NCBI GenBank assembly: GCA_945900785.1
Contig: CAMDJM010000004.1
Coordinates: forward strand, 15,512-79,511
Direction: 5' to 3'
From: Akkermansia muciniphila
GTDB taxonomy: Bacteria; Verrucomicrobiota; Verrucomicrobiia; Verrucomicrobiales; V1-33
Length of the DNA stretch: 64,000 nucleotides
The position numbers were made by a program, and so were the translations under genes. Below are positions 26,816 to 37,896 of this stretch, piece by piece (the stretch's first letter is position 1; every line of letters starts with the position of its first letter). The notes below the pieces were generated by a model. The model searched no databases. It was not told the origin of the DNA and saw only the letters and a program-made list of their open reading frames with translations.

Positions 26816-26892
26816 CCTGGGTATCCTCTTCCATCCGGGAAAAGCAGGGATTTCCGGTTTCCAAAGCCGCCGTTTTCTGGGAGAGGGGGAGC

Positions 26893-28380
26893 ATGTCTGC
26901 GCTCCCCCCTGCTTACTCCCATCTCCGTGCCCGATTCCGCGAAGCCGCGCTGCTGCGCTCGACGGAAGGCGTGCTGGGCTGGGATCAGGAAACGGGGATG
27001 CCGGCCAAGGCGGTGGCGTGGCGGGCCGGGCAGATGTCCTATCTGTCAGGGCAGGTGCATCGTCTCACCACCGCACCGGAAGTCGGTGCCTGGCTGGCGG
27101 CGTGTGAAGCGCAGGGCACGGCCAGCGGGGCCGCGGCGGTGAATCTCCGGGGTTGGCGGCGGGACTATGACCGGGAGACAAAGCTGCCGGCGGAACTGGT
27201 GGAGGAATTTTCCCTGACTACTTCTGCCGGGATGCATGCCTGGGCGGCTGCGCGGAAGGCGTCGGATTTTGCCGCCTTCCAACCCGTCCTCGAAAAGCTG
27301 GTGCGCCTTTGCCAGGAAAAAGCCGATCATCTGGGCTGGACCTCCTGCCGTTATGATGCGCTGATGGACATCTATGAACCCGGAGCCCGCAGTGCGGATA
27401 TCGGGGCCTTGTTTGCCGACCTGGGACCCCGGATCGCGGCGATGATCGGGCCGGCCGTGGAAAAGGCGAAGTCCCAGCCGGCGGATCTGCTGGCTGGTCA
27501 CTATCCGATCGCCGCCCAGCAGGCCTTCAACCGTGAGGTGGCGGAAGCCATTGGCTTTGATTTTGAGGCTGGCCGGATTGATACCACCACCCATCCGTTC
27601 TGCACCGGCCTGGGGCCAGGCGATACCCGGCTGACGACCCGTTATGATGAGGCCGATTTTTTCAGCTCGCTCTATGGGGTGCTGCACGAGGCGGGCCATG
27701 GTTTGTATGATCAGGGACTGCCGGCGGATGAGTGGGGCCTGCCTGCCGGTGAAGCGGTTTCCCTGGGCATCCATGAGAGCCAGAGCCGGCTCTGGGAAAA
27801 TCACATCGGTGGCAGCGATGCCTTTTGGCGGCATTGGCATCCCCGGGCCTCTCATCATTTTGCAGGATTGAACGCCTTCACGCCGGAGCAGGTCGCCGCC
27901 GCGGCCCGTCAGGTTTCGCCCTCCTTCATCCGGGTGGAGGCCGATGAGGTGACCTATGACCAGCATATCATTCTGCGGTTTCAGTTGGAGCGCTCGCTCA
28001 TCAATGGCGATCTGGCGGTGCGCGATGTGCCGGAAGCCTGGAACGCCGGCTTCAGGGAACTGTTGGGCCTTACGGTTCCTGACGATGCCCGGGGCTGTCT
28101 CCAGGACATCCATTGGAGCATGGGCAGCCTCGGTTATTTCTGCACGTATTCCCTGGGAAATCTGAATGCCTCGCAACTGATGCGTGCCGCGCGCGGGGCC
28201 ATGCCCTCGCTGGATGCGGACCTGGAGCGTGGGGTCTATCAAAACCTGCTCGCCTGGCTGCGCACCCACATTCACTCCGCCGGCCGTAGCCTGGATCCCC
28301 AGGACCTGATGGTGCAGGCCACCGGCGGGCCCACCCGGGCCGAGTATCACCTGGACTACCTGAAAGACAAATTTTTGTAG
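26893..28380 (+). CDS. carboxypeptidase Taq-type (M32) metallopeptidase
   Basis: 495 aa. It contains the HExxH motif LHEAGHGLYDQG, plus HESQSRLWEN and IRVEADEVTY. Confidence 0.92.
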   Translation: MSALPPAYSHLRARFREAALLRSTEGVLGWDQETGMPAKAVAWRAGQMSYLSGQVHRLTTAPEVGAWLAACEAQGTASGAAAVNLRGWRRDYDRETKLPAELVEEFSLTTSAGMHAWAAARKASDFAAFQPVLEKLVRLCQEKADHLGWTSCRYDALMDIYEPGARSADIGALFADLGPRIAAMIGPAVEKAKSQPADLLAGHYPIAAQQAFNREVAEAIGFDFEAGRIDTTTHPFCTGLGPGDTRLTTRYDEADFFSSLYGVLHEAGHGLYDQGLPADEWGLPAGEAVSLGIHESQSRLWENHIGGSDAFWRHWHPRASHHFAGLNAFTPEQVAAAARQVSPSFIRVEADEVTYDQHIILRFQLERSLINGDLAVRDVPEAWNAGFRELLGLTVPDDARGCLQDIHWSMGSLGYFCTYSLGNLNASQLMRAARGAMPSLDADLERGVYQNLLAWLRTHIHSAGRSLDPQDLMVQATGGPTRAEYHLDYLKDKFL

Positions 28381-28424
28381 GAAAAACCGGGCGCGGTGCC
28401 GCTTCCTGAAAAATTATACCCCTG

Positions 28425-28979
28425 ATGGAACCTGATCCCCCCACCTTGCAAGGCCATCTGCTCCTGGCAGATCCGTCGCTGCGGGCCTCGTGGTTCGGGC
28501 GTTGTGTGATCCTGATTACCAGCCATGTGCAAGGGAAGGGCACCCAGGGTTTTGTGCTGAACCGCCCGGTAGAAGGCCGTGTTTTGGAGGATCTCCTGCC
28601 ATCCCCGGATTTCAAGCACCTGCGCCGGGTGCCGGTTTACGAAGGCGGCCCCGTCGCTCCGAATGAGATGATCCTCATGGCCCTGCGCTGGAATGAAGCC
28701 AGCGGCACCATGGAATCGAAATCCCCCCTGGGCATCGCCGGGGCCACCCGCGCCCTCGCGGATGGCTGGGAAGTCAGGGCGTTTACCGGATACACCGGTT
28801 GGGGCGCAGGGCAGTTGGAGGGAGAGTTGAAGGAATCCTCCTGGATCATTGCCCGGCCCATCCCAACTGCGCTGACCGGCCCTGCCGGTCCTGACTTGTG
28901 GGCCGCAGTGCTGCGCAGTGGGGAGGATCCCCGGCAGGCACTGCTGGCGGGTCTTCCCGATGATCCCGGGCTGAACTAA
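28425..28979 (+). CDS. YqgE/AlgH family protein
   Basis: 184 aa. It contains GHLLLADPSL, GFVLNRP, VYEGGPV and GYTGWGAGQLEGELKESSW. Confidence 0.88.
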   Translation: MEPDPPTLQGHLLLADPSLRASWFGRCVILITSHVQGKGTQGFVLNRPVEGRVLEDLLPSPDFKHLRRVPVYEGGPVAPNEMILMALRWNEASGTMESKSPLGIAGATRALADGWEVRAFTGYTGWGAGQLEGELKESSWIIARPIPTALTGPAGPDLWAAVLRSGEDPRQALLAGLPDDPGLN

Positions 28980-29169
28980 ATCAGGAATTCGGTCCCGCCA
29001 CGGCATGCTGCCAGTCCCATGCGGAGGGTGGCGCTTCCTCTTGATCCTTCAGGATGTGGATTTTGCAGAGGATTTGTTCTGGACAATAATGATTTGGGCA
29101 TGTTGATTTTCGCGGCTATTTGAAGGGTTTTCCCCTCATTGCCGGATTTCCTCATTATCATTTCCATCC

Positions 29170-30585
29170 ATGCCCATGCAAAAAACCTTTCTCGCGTATC
29201 CTCTCATCGCCATTGCCTCCAGCCTCATGGGCCTATCGCTCATGGCCAAGGAATCCGCTCCGGCCAAATCTGCCCCCAAAGCCCCCGCCAAGGCTTCTGC
29301 CGCCCTCAAAGCTGCCCCCAAGCCTATCTCCAAAGGCAAAACCGCGCGTTATAACAAAAAGGGGGCCAAACCCACCCCCGCTTCCCTGGTGCACGACATG
29401 CAGGAAGCGATCGCCTACATCGCCATCGAAGGCAAAAAGGACCTGAACCCCAAATCCAAACAGGAGCGCCCCTTTTGGGGAGGGCTGAAACTGGCCAGCG
29501 AATCCGTCGACTTGATGGAAAGTGGCATCAAGGCCAAGGACAGCTCCATGTTGAAAGGGTTGGATGGATTGGGGCGGGGGATCGGGCAGATAGGGGCCGC
29601 CTGGGGCGTGCTGCGGGGCGGCGCAAAAACTTCCAAAATCGGGCGCGGAGTGCTGGCGCTCCATGCTGCCTATGAAACTTACCTGACCAATTTTGGACCG
29701 GTGGTGGCCCGCTATAAAAAGGCCGGACCAGTGAGCAAAGGCGAAAAAGTCTCCCTGCTCAAGGCGCAGGGCGAAGCGAAAAAGCTGAGAGCAAGCCTGA
29801 CCAAACTCCAGGCCAAAGCCGGCAAGTCTTCCCTCGAAGCCCGCATGGTCACCGACCTGCTGCGCCTTCTCGCAGAATTGGCCAAAATCTCCGTGGATAA
29901 CTCCTCCCACTACTGCCAATACATGCACTACTGGGAGCGCTTCAGCGTCACCTTCTACTCCTACAACGAATGCATCGAAGTCTGGTATCCCGTCTTTTAC
30001 TCCAATTGGAAGACAGTCTATACTGATTACAGCGTAGTTAGCACCGTATTCTCCTCCGGCGCCTGGTCCTGGTATGAAAGCTGGGACTACACTTCCGAAA
30101 GCGTGGAATCCTACGGCGACTACTATGAATCCACCGTGGAGGTGGAGACCAGCGAATTGACCGAAGAGGAAACCTTTGTGGAAAGTTATGAGGAAAGTTC
30201 CGCCACCGAGGACTCCGAACTGGAAGCAGAATATGAAGTGGGCAGTGCCGACGGGGAGGTCGATGGATCCTTCTCTGACGAGGCCATGGATGATTCCGAC
30301 GATGCCGATGCTGACGGCGTGGAGGATGAAGCCGACACCGATGACGACAACGACGGCACCGCCGACGCAGCCGATACTGATGATGACGGCGATGGCGTGT
30401 CCGATGCCGAGGATGTCGACATGGGCCCCGGGGCCGATCAGGATAGCGAAGACTCCGATGACGACGGCGTCTCCGATGCTGACGATACCGATGACGACAA
30501 TGACGGCACGATGGACACCAATGACGGCGACGACGACGGAGACGGCGTTGATGATTCTGCCGACGATGCTGGCGACGACGGTTGA
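29170..30585 (+). CDS. secreted protein with a Lys/Ala-rich N-terminal half, a Tyr/Trp-rich segment and a hyperacidic TSP3-like (DxDxDG) repeat tail
   Basis: 471 aa with a signal peptide (MPMQKTFLAYPLIAIASSLMGLSLMA). The aromatic block is HYCQYMHYWERFSVTFYSYNECIEVWYPVFYSNWKTVYTDY. The tail contains DADADGVEDEADTDDDNDGTADAADTDDDGDGVSDAEDVD... It ends at a TGA (30583-30585) that is followed by in-frame repeats. Confidence 0.75.
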   Translation: MPMQKTFLAYPLIAIASSLMGLSLMAKESAPAKSAPKAPAKASAALKAAPKPISKGKTARYNKKGAKPTPASLVHDMQEAIAYIAIEGKKDLNPKSKQERPFWGGLKLASESVDLMESGIKAKDSSMLKGLDGLGRGIGQIGAAWGVLRGGAKTSKIGRGVLALHAAYETYLTNFGPVVARYKKAGPVSKGEKVSLLKAQGEAKKLRASLTKLQAKAGKSSLEARMVTDLLRLLAELAKISVDNSSHYCQYMHYWERFSVTFYSYNECIEVWYPVFYSNWKTVYTDYSVVSTVFSSGAWSWYESWDYTSESVESYGDYYESTVEVETSELTEEETFVESYEESSATEDSELEAEYEVGSADGEVDGSFSDEAMDDSDDADADGVEDEADTDDDNDGTADAADTDDDGDGVSDAEDVDMGPGADQDSEDSDDDGVSDADDTDDDNDGTMDTNDGDDDGDGVDDSADDAGDDG

Positions 30586-30735
30586 GGAGCAGAAGAGGAC
30601 GCCGGTGGCGGTGACGGTGGCGGAGCGGAAGAGGACGCTGGTGGCGGCGACGACGGCGGCGGAGCGGAAGAGGATGCTGGCGGCGGTGACTGCGGCGGAG
30701 CAGAAGAGGATGCCGGCGGCGGTGACGACGGCAAC
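30586..30735 (+). repeat. four tandem 36/39-nt repeats, in frame with the preceding gene
   Basis: The units start at 30586, 30622, 30661 and 30697 (ggagc[a/g]gaagagga[c/t]gc.gg.ggcgg.gac...). In the frame of the 29170 gene they read GAEEDAGGGDGG / GAEEDAGGGDDGG / GAEEDAGGGDCG / GAEEDAGGGDDGN and stop at the TGA at 30736-30738. Confidence 0.9.
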
Positions 30736-30771
30736 TGATTCACCTTACAGATTCACAGATGCACTGCAGCG

Positions 30772-30806
30772 AGCGGCGGAGTCCAGACACTCCGCCGCTC
30801 TTTTTT
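30772..30806 (+). terminator. rho-independent terminator
   Basis: agcggcggag (30772-30781) pairs perfectly with ctccgccgct (30790-30799) across an 8-nt loop. It is followed by cttttttgg. It lies downstream of the repeat extension, not of the annotated TGA. Confidence 0.8.
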
Positions 30807-31175
30807 GGCTTAGGATTTCCTCCTGTCGATTTCTTGCATCCTGGCCAATCTACTCCACTATAACGGTGATACCTGCCCCTTGGTCCACCATCTGCTCTGC
30901 AAGATTAGCCGCCGCCCGGGGTGGGACCCGCTCCATACCCGCCTACGACAGCTCCAGGAAACCTTGATTGATCCGGCAAAATGAGCACCACCCCGTGTTG
31001 CGTCTGATTACCAGGCTATGCCAGGGCGCGGACAGCCTCTCGGCCGATCTGCTGCAGGGACTCGCCAGCCACGGGAAGTTATCCCCCATCTGCTCACCGA
31101 ACTTGCCGCCGTCATAAGCCCCAAGTTTTGCTAGAACAGCCCGTGCCCCGGCTTATAATGACTTGCCGGCAAAGC

Positions 31176-31630
31176 CTACTTTTTGGCGGTGGCAGGCGCT
31201 GGAGTGGCTTTGGCCAGCATCGCTTCCAGTTTTTTAGCAAAATCCGCGGGGCTGCTGCTGCCCACCTGCTGGCCGAGGGACTCTCCGGTGCTGTCGAGGA
31301 ATTCGATGTGGGGGATGCCCTTCACCGCATATTTTTCCTTGGCTTTTTTGTTTTGGGAGTCGTCGGAGTCCAGGTAGGCCCAGATGAATTTGTCGTGGAA
31401 GGGGGTAATGTCTGCGCTGGGGTAGACCTTCTTTTTCATTTCCTGACAGGGGCCGCACCATGTAGCGGAGAAGATGAGGACGGCGGGCTTGCCGGTTTCT
31501 TTCTGTTCAGAAAGGACTTTGCGGTAGCTGGTGACGAACTTGGGGCTAATTCCCCGGCAGGGGCAGGCTGCGGCAGCAGGGTGGCGGTGATGGCAGCGAG
31601 GGCGAGAGTGAGGAAGGCGCGGGTTTTCAT
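31176..31630 (-). CDS. secreted thioredoxin-family protein (WCGPC); apparent 1-nt frameshift in a G4 run
   Basis: The Trx frame (tracked ORF 31176..31745) has AVLIFSATWCGPCQEMKKKVY but no signal peptide. The complement ATG at 31630 gives MKTRAFLTLALAAITATLLPQPAPAG in the adjacent frame (tracked ORF 31436..31714). Adding one G to the run at 31552-31555 would join ...PAPAGG to ISPKFVTSYRKVL. Confidence 0.75.
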
Positions 31631-31757
31631 GGGGATATAAAATGCAATCTTGAGTTGGTGGGCAGGGTTTCCTGGGGAGGGGCAAGGGATTAACAGATAA
31701 AAAAACAGCGCCATCCCTTGGACGGGATGGCGCTGAAGGATTCATGGAAGCAGGGAA

Positions 31758-32144
31758 TTACTTGCCAGCTTCGGTCTTCTCACCGGCGCTCTTCCAGCCG
31801 GAGAGGCCAGCCGCCATGTGTTTCACGTTGGTATAGCCGAGTTCCTTGGCTTTTTTGGCAGCGGCTTTGTAGGCTCCGCAGGAAGGACCACCGCAATAAG
31901 CTACGACAAGGGCAGCCTTGTCTTTGGGAAGTTGGGAGGCGAGCTTGTCACCAGCTCCTTCGAAATCGATGGCGGAAGGGACGTGGCCTTCTTTCCAGGA
32001 ATCACTGCCATTGACGTCAATGATGGTGATTTTCTTCTCAGTGATGGCTTTCTTGACATCGGTGATGGCGATATCAGGGAATTCGCCGGCGAAGACACTG
32101 GCGGTGAAGAGGAGGCTGAACAGGAGGGTAATGATTTTTTTCAT
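31758..32144 (-). CDS. secreted rhodanese-domain sulfurtransferase
   Basis: 128 aa with signal peptide MKKIITLLFSLLFTASVFA. It contains IIDVNGSDSWKEGHVPSAI and an active-site-loop-like VAYCGGPSCGA. Confidence 0.85.
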   Translation of the reverse strand: MKKIITLLFSLLFTASVFAGEFPDIAITDVKKAITEKKITIIDVNGSDSWKEGHVPSAIDFEGAGDKLASQLPKDKAALVVAYCGGPSCGAYKAAAKKAKELGYTNVKHMAAGLSGWKSAGEKTEAGK

Positions 32145-32388
32145 GACTTATCGTGATGGAGTTGGTTGGTTGGGGTGCGGTTTTTCCAAGCGGCCTTCGC
32201 AGCGGAAGGCCGGGAGGAAACATTCCTCACCAGGGCTTTGACGCGTCCTGAAGCGGGAATATTCCGGCTTTTTTAAAAATCACCGGAACTCCACGATGAC
32301 AGCGTTTTCATCCTGGGCGGTTTGTCTGGAATTCTTGCCAAAAACAGAAAATCACCCCAAGTGGTTTCCGGGGTTCAGAACTGAGGGA

Positions 32389-32667
32389 CTATCCCGACTT
32401 CGATGGCTTGCCCGACACGCATGAAGATCGGTTGCACTCGGGACGGATCTCGGTGGCGCGCTTGTTGATAAGGCCCCAGTGCTTGCGGACATGGCGCAGG
32501 CCAAGGGCGCATAACCCGGCGGCAAAGGCGGGACATTGCTTGGATTCAAAGATGGTGATCAGTTTGCCGTGGGCGGGGCCGGCATCGTAGCTGGTCTGAA
32601 AGCCGGCTTCGGCGTTGTCGGAGGCGGTATTGGTGGCGGCGACATTGCGGCCTTCAGCCATTTCCAT
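32389..32667 (-). CDS. hypothetical small Cys-containing protein
   Basis: 92-aa ORF with plausible composition. I recognise no motif beyond scattered Cys residues (KQCPAF, LCALG, ECNRSSC). It may not be real. Confidence 0.3.
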   Translation of the reverse strand: MEMAEGRNVAATNTASDNAEAGFQTSYDAGPAHGKLITIFESKQCPAFAAGLCALGLRHVRKHWGLINKRATEIRPECNRSSCVSGKPSKSG

Positions 32668-32868
32668 GGTGGTCAGAAGCGGCAGCGGTTGGAACTTTTT
32701 TAGCGGGCATAGAGTTGGTTGATGGAGTGTGGAGGAAATTCGGAGCCTGCTGCCGTTTTGCCCTGGAAACGCCGCGTCCGAATTTTCGATTACGCAATTT
32801 TGATGGCCGCGTTACGCTGAATAACCTGGGATTTTTTTCTGAAGGAGCAGGGCTGACCCCCGGCTTGA

Positions 32869-35091
<2,223 letters not shown>

Positions 35092-35125
35092 ACAGCCGAT
35101 GATGCCAAGGTAAGTCCTGCCGTCA

Positions 35126-36043
35126 TCATGCCGCCAGCGGTTCGTGATCCCCGCAGGCCGCGCGGCACAGGCCGGCGAAGGTTTCCTCTGCCAGGCTGAG
35201 GCGGCGGTCTTTGTGATAGAGCACGCCCCAGTTCCGTTGCAGATCCAAGCCGGGCACGGACAGCGCCACCACGGAGCCGCGGGCCAATTCATGTGAGGCG
35301 ATCCAGCGCGGGGCAATCCCCACGCCCAGCCCCAGTTTGACCAATTCCACCAGGGCTTCGGAGCTGCTCAGTTCCACGAAGGAATGCAGCCGCACGCCCT
35401 GGCGCAGGAAGTGGGTTTCCACCTCCCGGAAGGCAGCGGCGCGGCGGTCCTGCAGAATGAAATGCTCTGCGGCAAGGCGTTCCCGGTCAGGCGGGCGTCC
35501 GTCATTCCAGGGGTGCATGGCGCTTACCAGAAAGACAAGATGGTCCGCAAACATGCGGCGGCTGGCAAGGCCCGCAAGATCTGCAGGCTCGATGCCCAGC
35601 ACCAGATCCGCCGCATGGTCATCGAGCAGCCGGCTGGGCTCCAGGCCATCGCCCGGCTGGACCATCACCGAGTAGTGAGGAAAGCATTCGCGGAACTCCC
35701 GCAGGACCGGAGGCAGCAGATGGCGGGCGGCATCCGCCGGGCAGGCCAGACGCAGGGTGCCGCGGAACCCGGTGTCGATATTTGTCAGGTCGGAACGGGC
35801 TTTACTCATTTGCAGCAGCACAGCATCCGCACACAACAGGAGACGTTTGCCGGCGGGCGTCAGGCCCAGACTGCGGCCGGCGCGGTAGAGGAGCTTGCTC
35901 CCCATGTCCTGCTCCAGCTTCCGCAGGGCATGGCTCACGGCGCTCTGGGTCAGGCTGAGGTGCCGCGCCGTTTCGGTAAAGCTGCCCGTGCGGGAGAGGG
36001 TGGAGAACATCCTGAGCTGCCACGAGTCGATCACATCATCCAT
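35126..36043 (-). CDS. LysR-family transcriptional regulator
   Basis: The start is taken at ATG 36043 (MDDVIDSWQLRMFSTLSRTGSFTETARHLSLTQSAVSHALRKLE), a LysR winged HTH followed by a substrate-binding domain. It is divergent from the 36166 gene. Confidence 0.9.
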   Translation of the reverse strand: MDDVIDSWQLRMFSTLSRTGSFTETARHLSLTQSAVSHALRKLEQDMGSKLLYRAGRSLGLTPAGKRLLLCADAVLLQMSKARSDLTNIDTGFRGTLRLACPADAARHLLPPVLREFRECFPHYSVMVQPGDGLEPSRLLDDHAADLVLGIEPADLAGLASRRMFADHLVFLVSAMHPWNDGRPPDRERLAAEHFILQDRRAAAFREVETHFLRQGVRLHSFVELSSSEALVELVKLGLGVGIAPRWIASHELARGSVVALSVPGLDLQRNWGVLYHKDRRLSLAEETFAGLCRAACGDHEPLAA

Positions 36044-36165
36044 ATAGCCCAATGTTTTAGCAGCTCCCAGGCCAGAACATGAAACGTTTTCATCGGATCT
36101 GTCGGATCTTGGACAGATCGTTCTAAAATCCTTAAGTGGCACATCCTGTGCTTGGACTTTTCTTC

Positions 36166-37269
36166 ATGCCCCCACCCCCGCCCCCGTCTTCCAGAGTCCC
36201 CCGTGCCCCCTTCCGGTCCCGGACGACGGTCAAGCTCGGATTCGTTCCACTGTCGGACAGTGCTCCGCTCACGGTGGCGCGCGAGCTGGGCCTCTACAGC
36301 AAAGAAGGGCTGGATGTCGTCCTGACGCGGGAGCTGGGCTGGGCCTCCATCCGGGAAAAGCTCGCTTATCAGGACCTTGATGCTGCCCATGCCCCCGCGC
36401 CCATGCTCTTCCGCATGGCCATGGGGCTGGATGGCAGACCCGTGGATGTCTTCACCAGTTATTATCTCAATGCCGGCGGCAATGCCGTGACCCTGAGCGC
36501 CGCGCTCCGGCGCATGGGCATCCGCAGCGCGGCGGATCTGAAGCGCCTTGTCCGCAGCAAGCACCCGGAACGCCTCATCTTCGCCGTCGTTTCCCTTTAC
36601 TCCTGTCATTATTTCCTGCTCCGCCGCTGGCTGCTTTCCGGCGGGATCGATCCTGACAAGGAGGTGCTGATCGCCGTCCTGCCGCCGGAACAAATGCTCA
36701 GCAGCCTGCAGAACGGCCACATTGAAGGATTTTGCTCCGGCGAGCCCTGGAACAGCGCGGCGGTGCTGGCCGGGGCGGGCTGGTGTCCCTCCACCAGTGT
36801 CAGTCTGGCCCCGGCCCATCCGGAAAAAATCCTCCTCACGCGCACCGCTTTTGCAGAGCGATGGCCGGATGAAAATGCCGCCCTCCTGCGGGCCATTGAT
36901 CAAGCCTGCCAATGGTGTGAGGATCCGGCCAACCGTCCCTCCCTGGTGGATCTCCTGGCCTCCTGCCGCTGCTTCCGGGACAGCCGGGCCGCGCTCCGTC
37001 CGGCCTTGCTGGGACCTTTTGATTGCGGGGATGGCAACCGCATCGCCGCGCAGGATCTGCTGCGCTTCCATGGTCCGGCCATCAATGCCCCCACCGAGGA
37101 AAAAACCCAATGGCTGCTCGCCCAGATGCGCCATGCCAAACTCCTCACTGCCGAGCGCGCTCCCCAGGGGGCCTTCCGTCCGGACTTTTTGGAGGAAGCC
37201 CTCGGCCCGCCCCCTCCGGCTCCGAAAGCGGTGGCCGCCCCCAAAAAACGCAAGGTGGCGATGGCTTGA
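36166..37269 (+). CDS. NrtA/CmpA/SsuA-like (NMT1-type) substrate-binding-domain protein without an obvious signal peptide
   Basis: KLGFVPLSDSAPLTVARELGLYSKEGLDVVLTRELGWASIREKLAYQDLDAAH is typical of nitrate/bicarbonate/sulfonate-binding proteins and NasS-like sensors. The N-terminus is Pro-rich rather than a signal peptide. Confidence 0.7.
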   Translation: MPPPPPPSSRVPRAPFRSRTTVKLGFVPLSDSAPLTVARELGLYSKEGLDVVLTRELGWASIREKLAYQDLDAAHAPAPMLFRMAMGLDGRPVDVFTSYYLNAGGNAVTLSAALRRMGIRSAADLKRLVRSKHPERLIFAVVSLYSCHYFLLRRWLLSGGIDPDKEVLIAVLPPEQMLSSLQNGHIEGFCSGEPWNSAAVLAGAGWCPSTSVSLAPAHPEKILLTRTAFAERWPDENAALLRAIDQACQWCEDPANRPSLVDLLASCRCFRDSRAALRPALLGPFDCGDGNRIAAQDLLRFHGPAINAPTEEKTQWLLAQMRHAKLLTAERAPQGAFRPDFLEEALGPPPPAPKAVAAPKKRKVAMA

Positions 37270-37281
37270 ATTTTCAGCCTT

Positions 37282-37866
37282 TCAGCCTTTCAGCCAGCGC
37301 ACCATGGGCACCTCCGCCAGGCCAGCCTGCGTCACAATATGCCGCAGCAGGATCAGGCTCGCATAACAATCGAAAAGCGCATCATGGAACCGCCGCCCGG
37401 GACAGGCCTGCTCCAGCTCGGCGCTCAAACCTCCGGCTTGAATCAGCGTTTCCAGCGAATAGTCCCGGACCCCCGGCCAAAACCGCCGTGCCAGCACCAG
37501 GGTGTCCAGCCATGGCCCGAAGCCATGCATTGGAAAGGCGCGTAAATACCGTTTCTCCGTCCCGGCTCCGTGCGCCACTACGATCCGCCCGCCCAGCCGG
37601 GATTTTACCTCCGGCCACAGGCTGGAAAATACGGGCGCGCCCTTCAGATCCTCCGTCGTAATGCCATGAACCTGACCCGCCTGCCAGGTCACCGGCTGGT
37701 CCGTGTGCAGGTAGGAGACAAAAGGCTCCACCCTTGTCAGGTCCAGTCCTGGCATGACCGCCATGCCGATCTGGATCGGCGTGTCCGTGCCTCCCCGGAT
37801 CACGCCGGCGGATTCAAAATCCACCGCTGCAAAAACGCTTTGCTCCGGAGTTCGTTCCAAGGGCAT
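37282..37866 (-). CDS. DnaQ-like 3'-5' exonuclease domain protein
   Basis: 194 aa. It contains FAAVDFESAG (Exo I), HGITTEDL, VVAHGAGTEKRYL and HDALFDCYASLILL (Exo III). Confidence 0.75.
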   Translation of the reverse strand: MPLERTPEQSVFAAVDFESAGVIRGGTDTPIQIGMAVMPGLDLTRVEPFVSYLHTDQPVTWQAGQVHGITTEDLKGAPVFSSLWPEVKSRLGGRIVVAHGAGTEKRYLRAFPMHGFGPWLDTLVLARRFWPGVRDYSLETLIQAGGLSAELEQACPGRRFHDALFDCYASLILLRHIVTQAGLAEVPMVRWLKG

Positions 37867-37896
37867 GGTGACAGCAAATCCGCGCGGCCTTCCGCA

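Noticed and set aside
30583-30585. Reading the in-frame TGA as selenocysteine.
   Set aside because: The context (Asp/Gly repeats) is not that of a redox active site. I see no SECIS-like hairpin immediately downstream; the downstream sequence is the tandem repeat itself. A nonsense mutation or readthrough is more parsimonious.
30586-30735. Reading the tandem repeats as a CRISPR array.
   Set aside because: The units are directly adjacent with no unique spacers. They are 36-39 nt and imperfect, and they are in frame with a coding sequence. No cas genes are present in the window.
30176-30967. ORF 30176..30967(+) and ORF 30438..30743(-) across the tandem-repeat region.
   Set aside because: Both are alternative-frame readings of the acidic repeat DNA (EEQKRTPVAV.. 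and PPPASSSAPP..). The frame continuous with the 29170 gene gives a composition-consistent product, and the terminator follows it.
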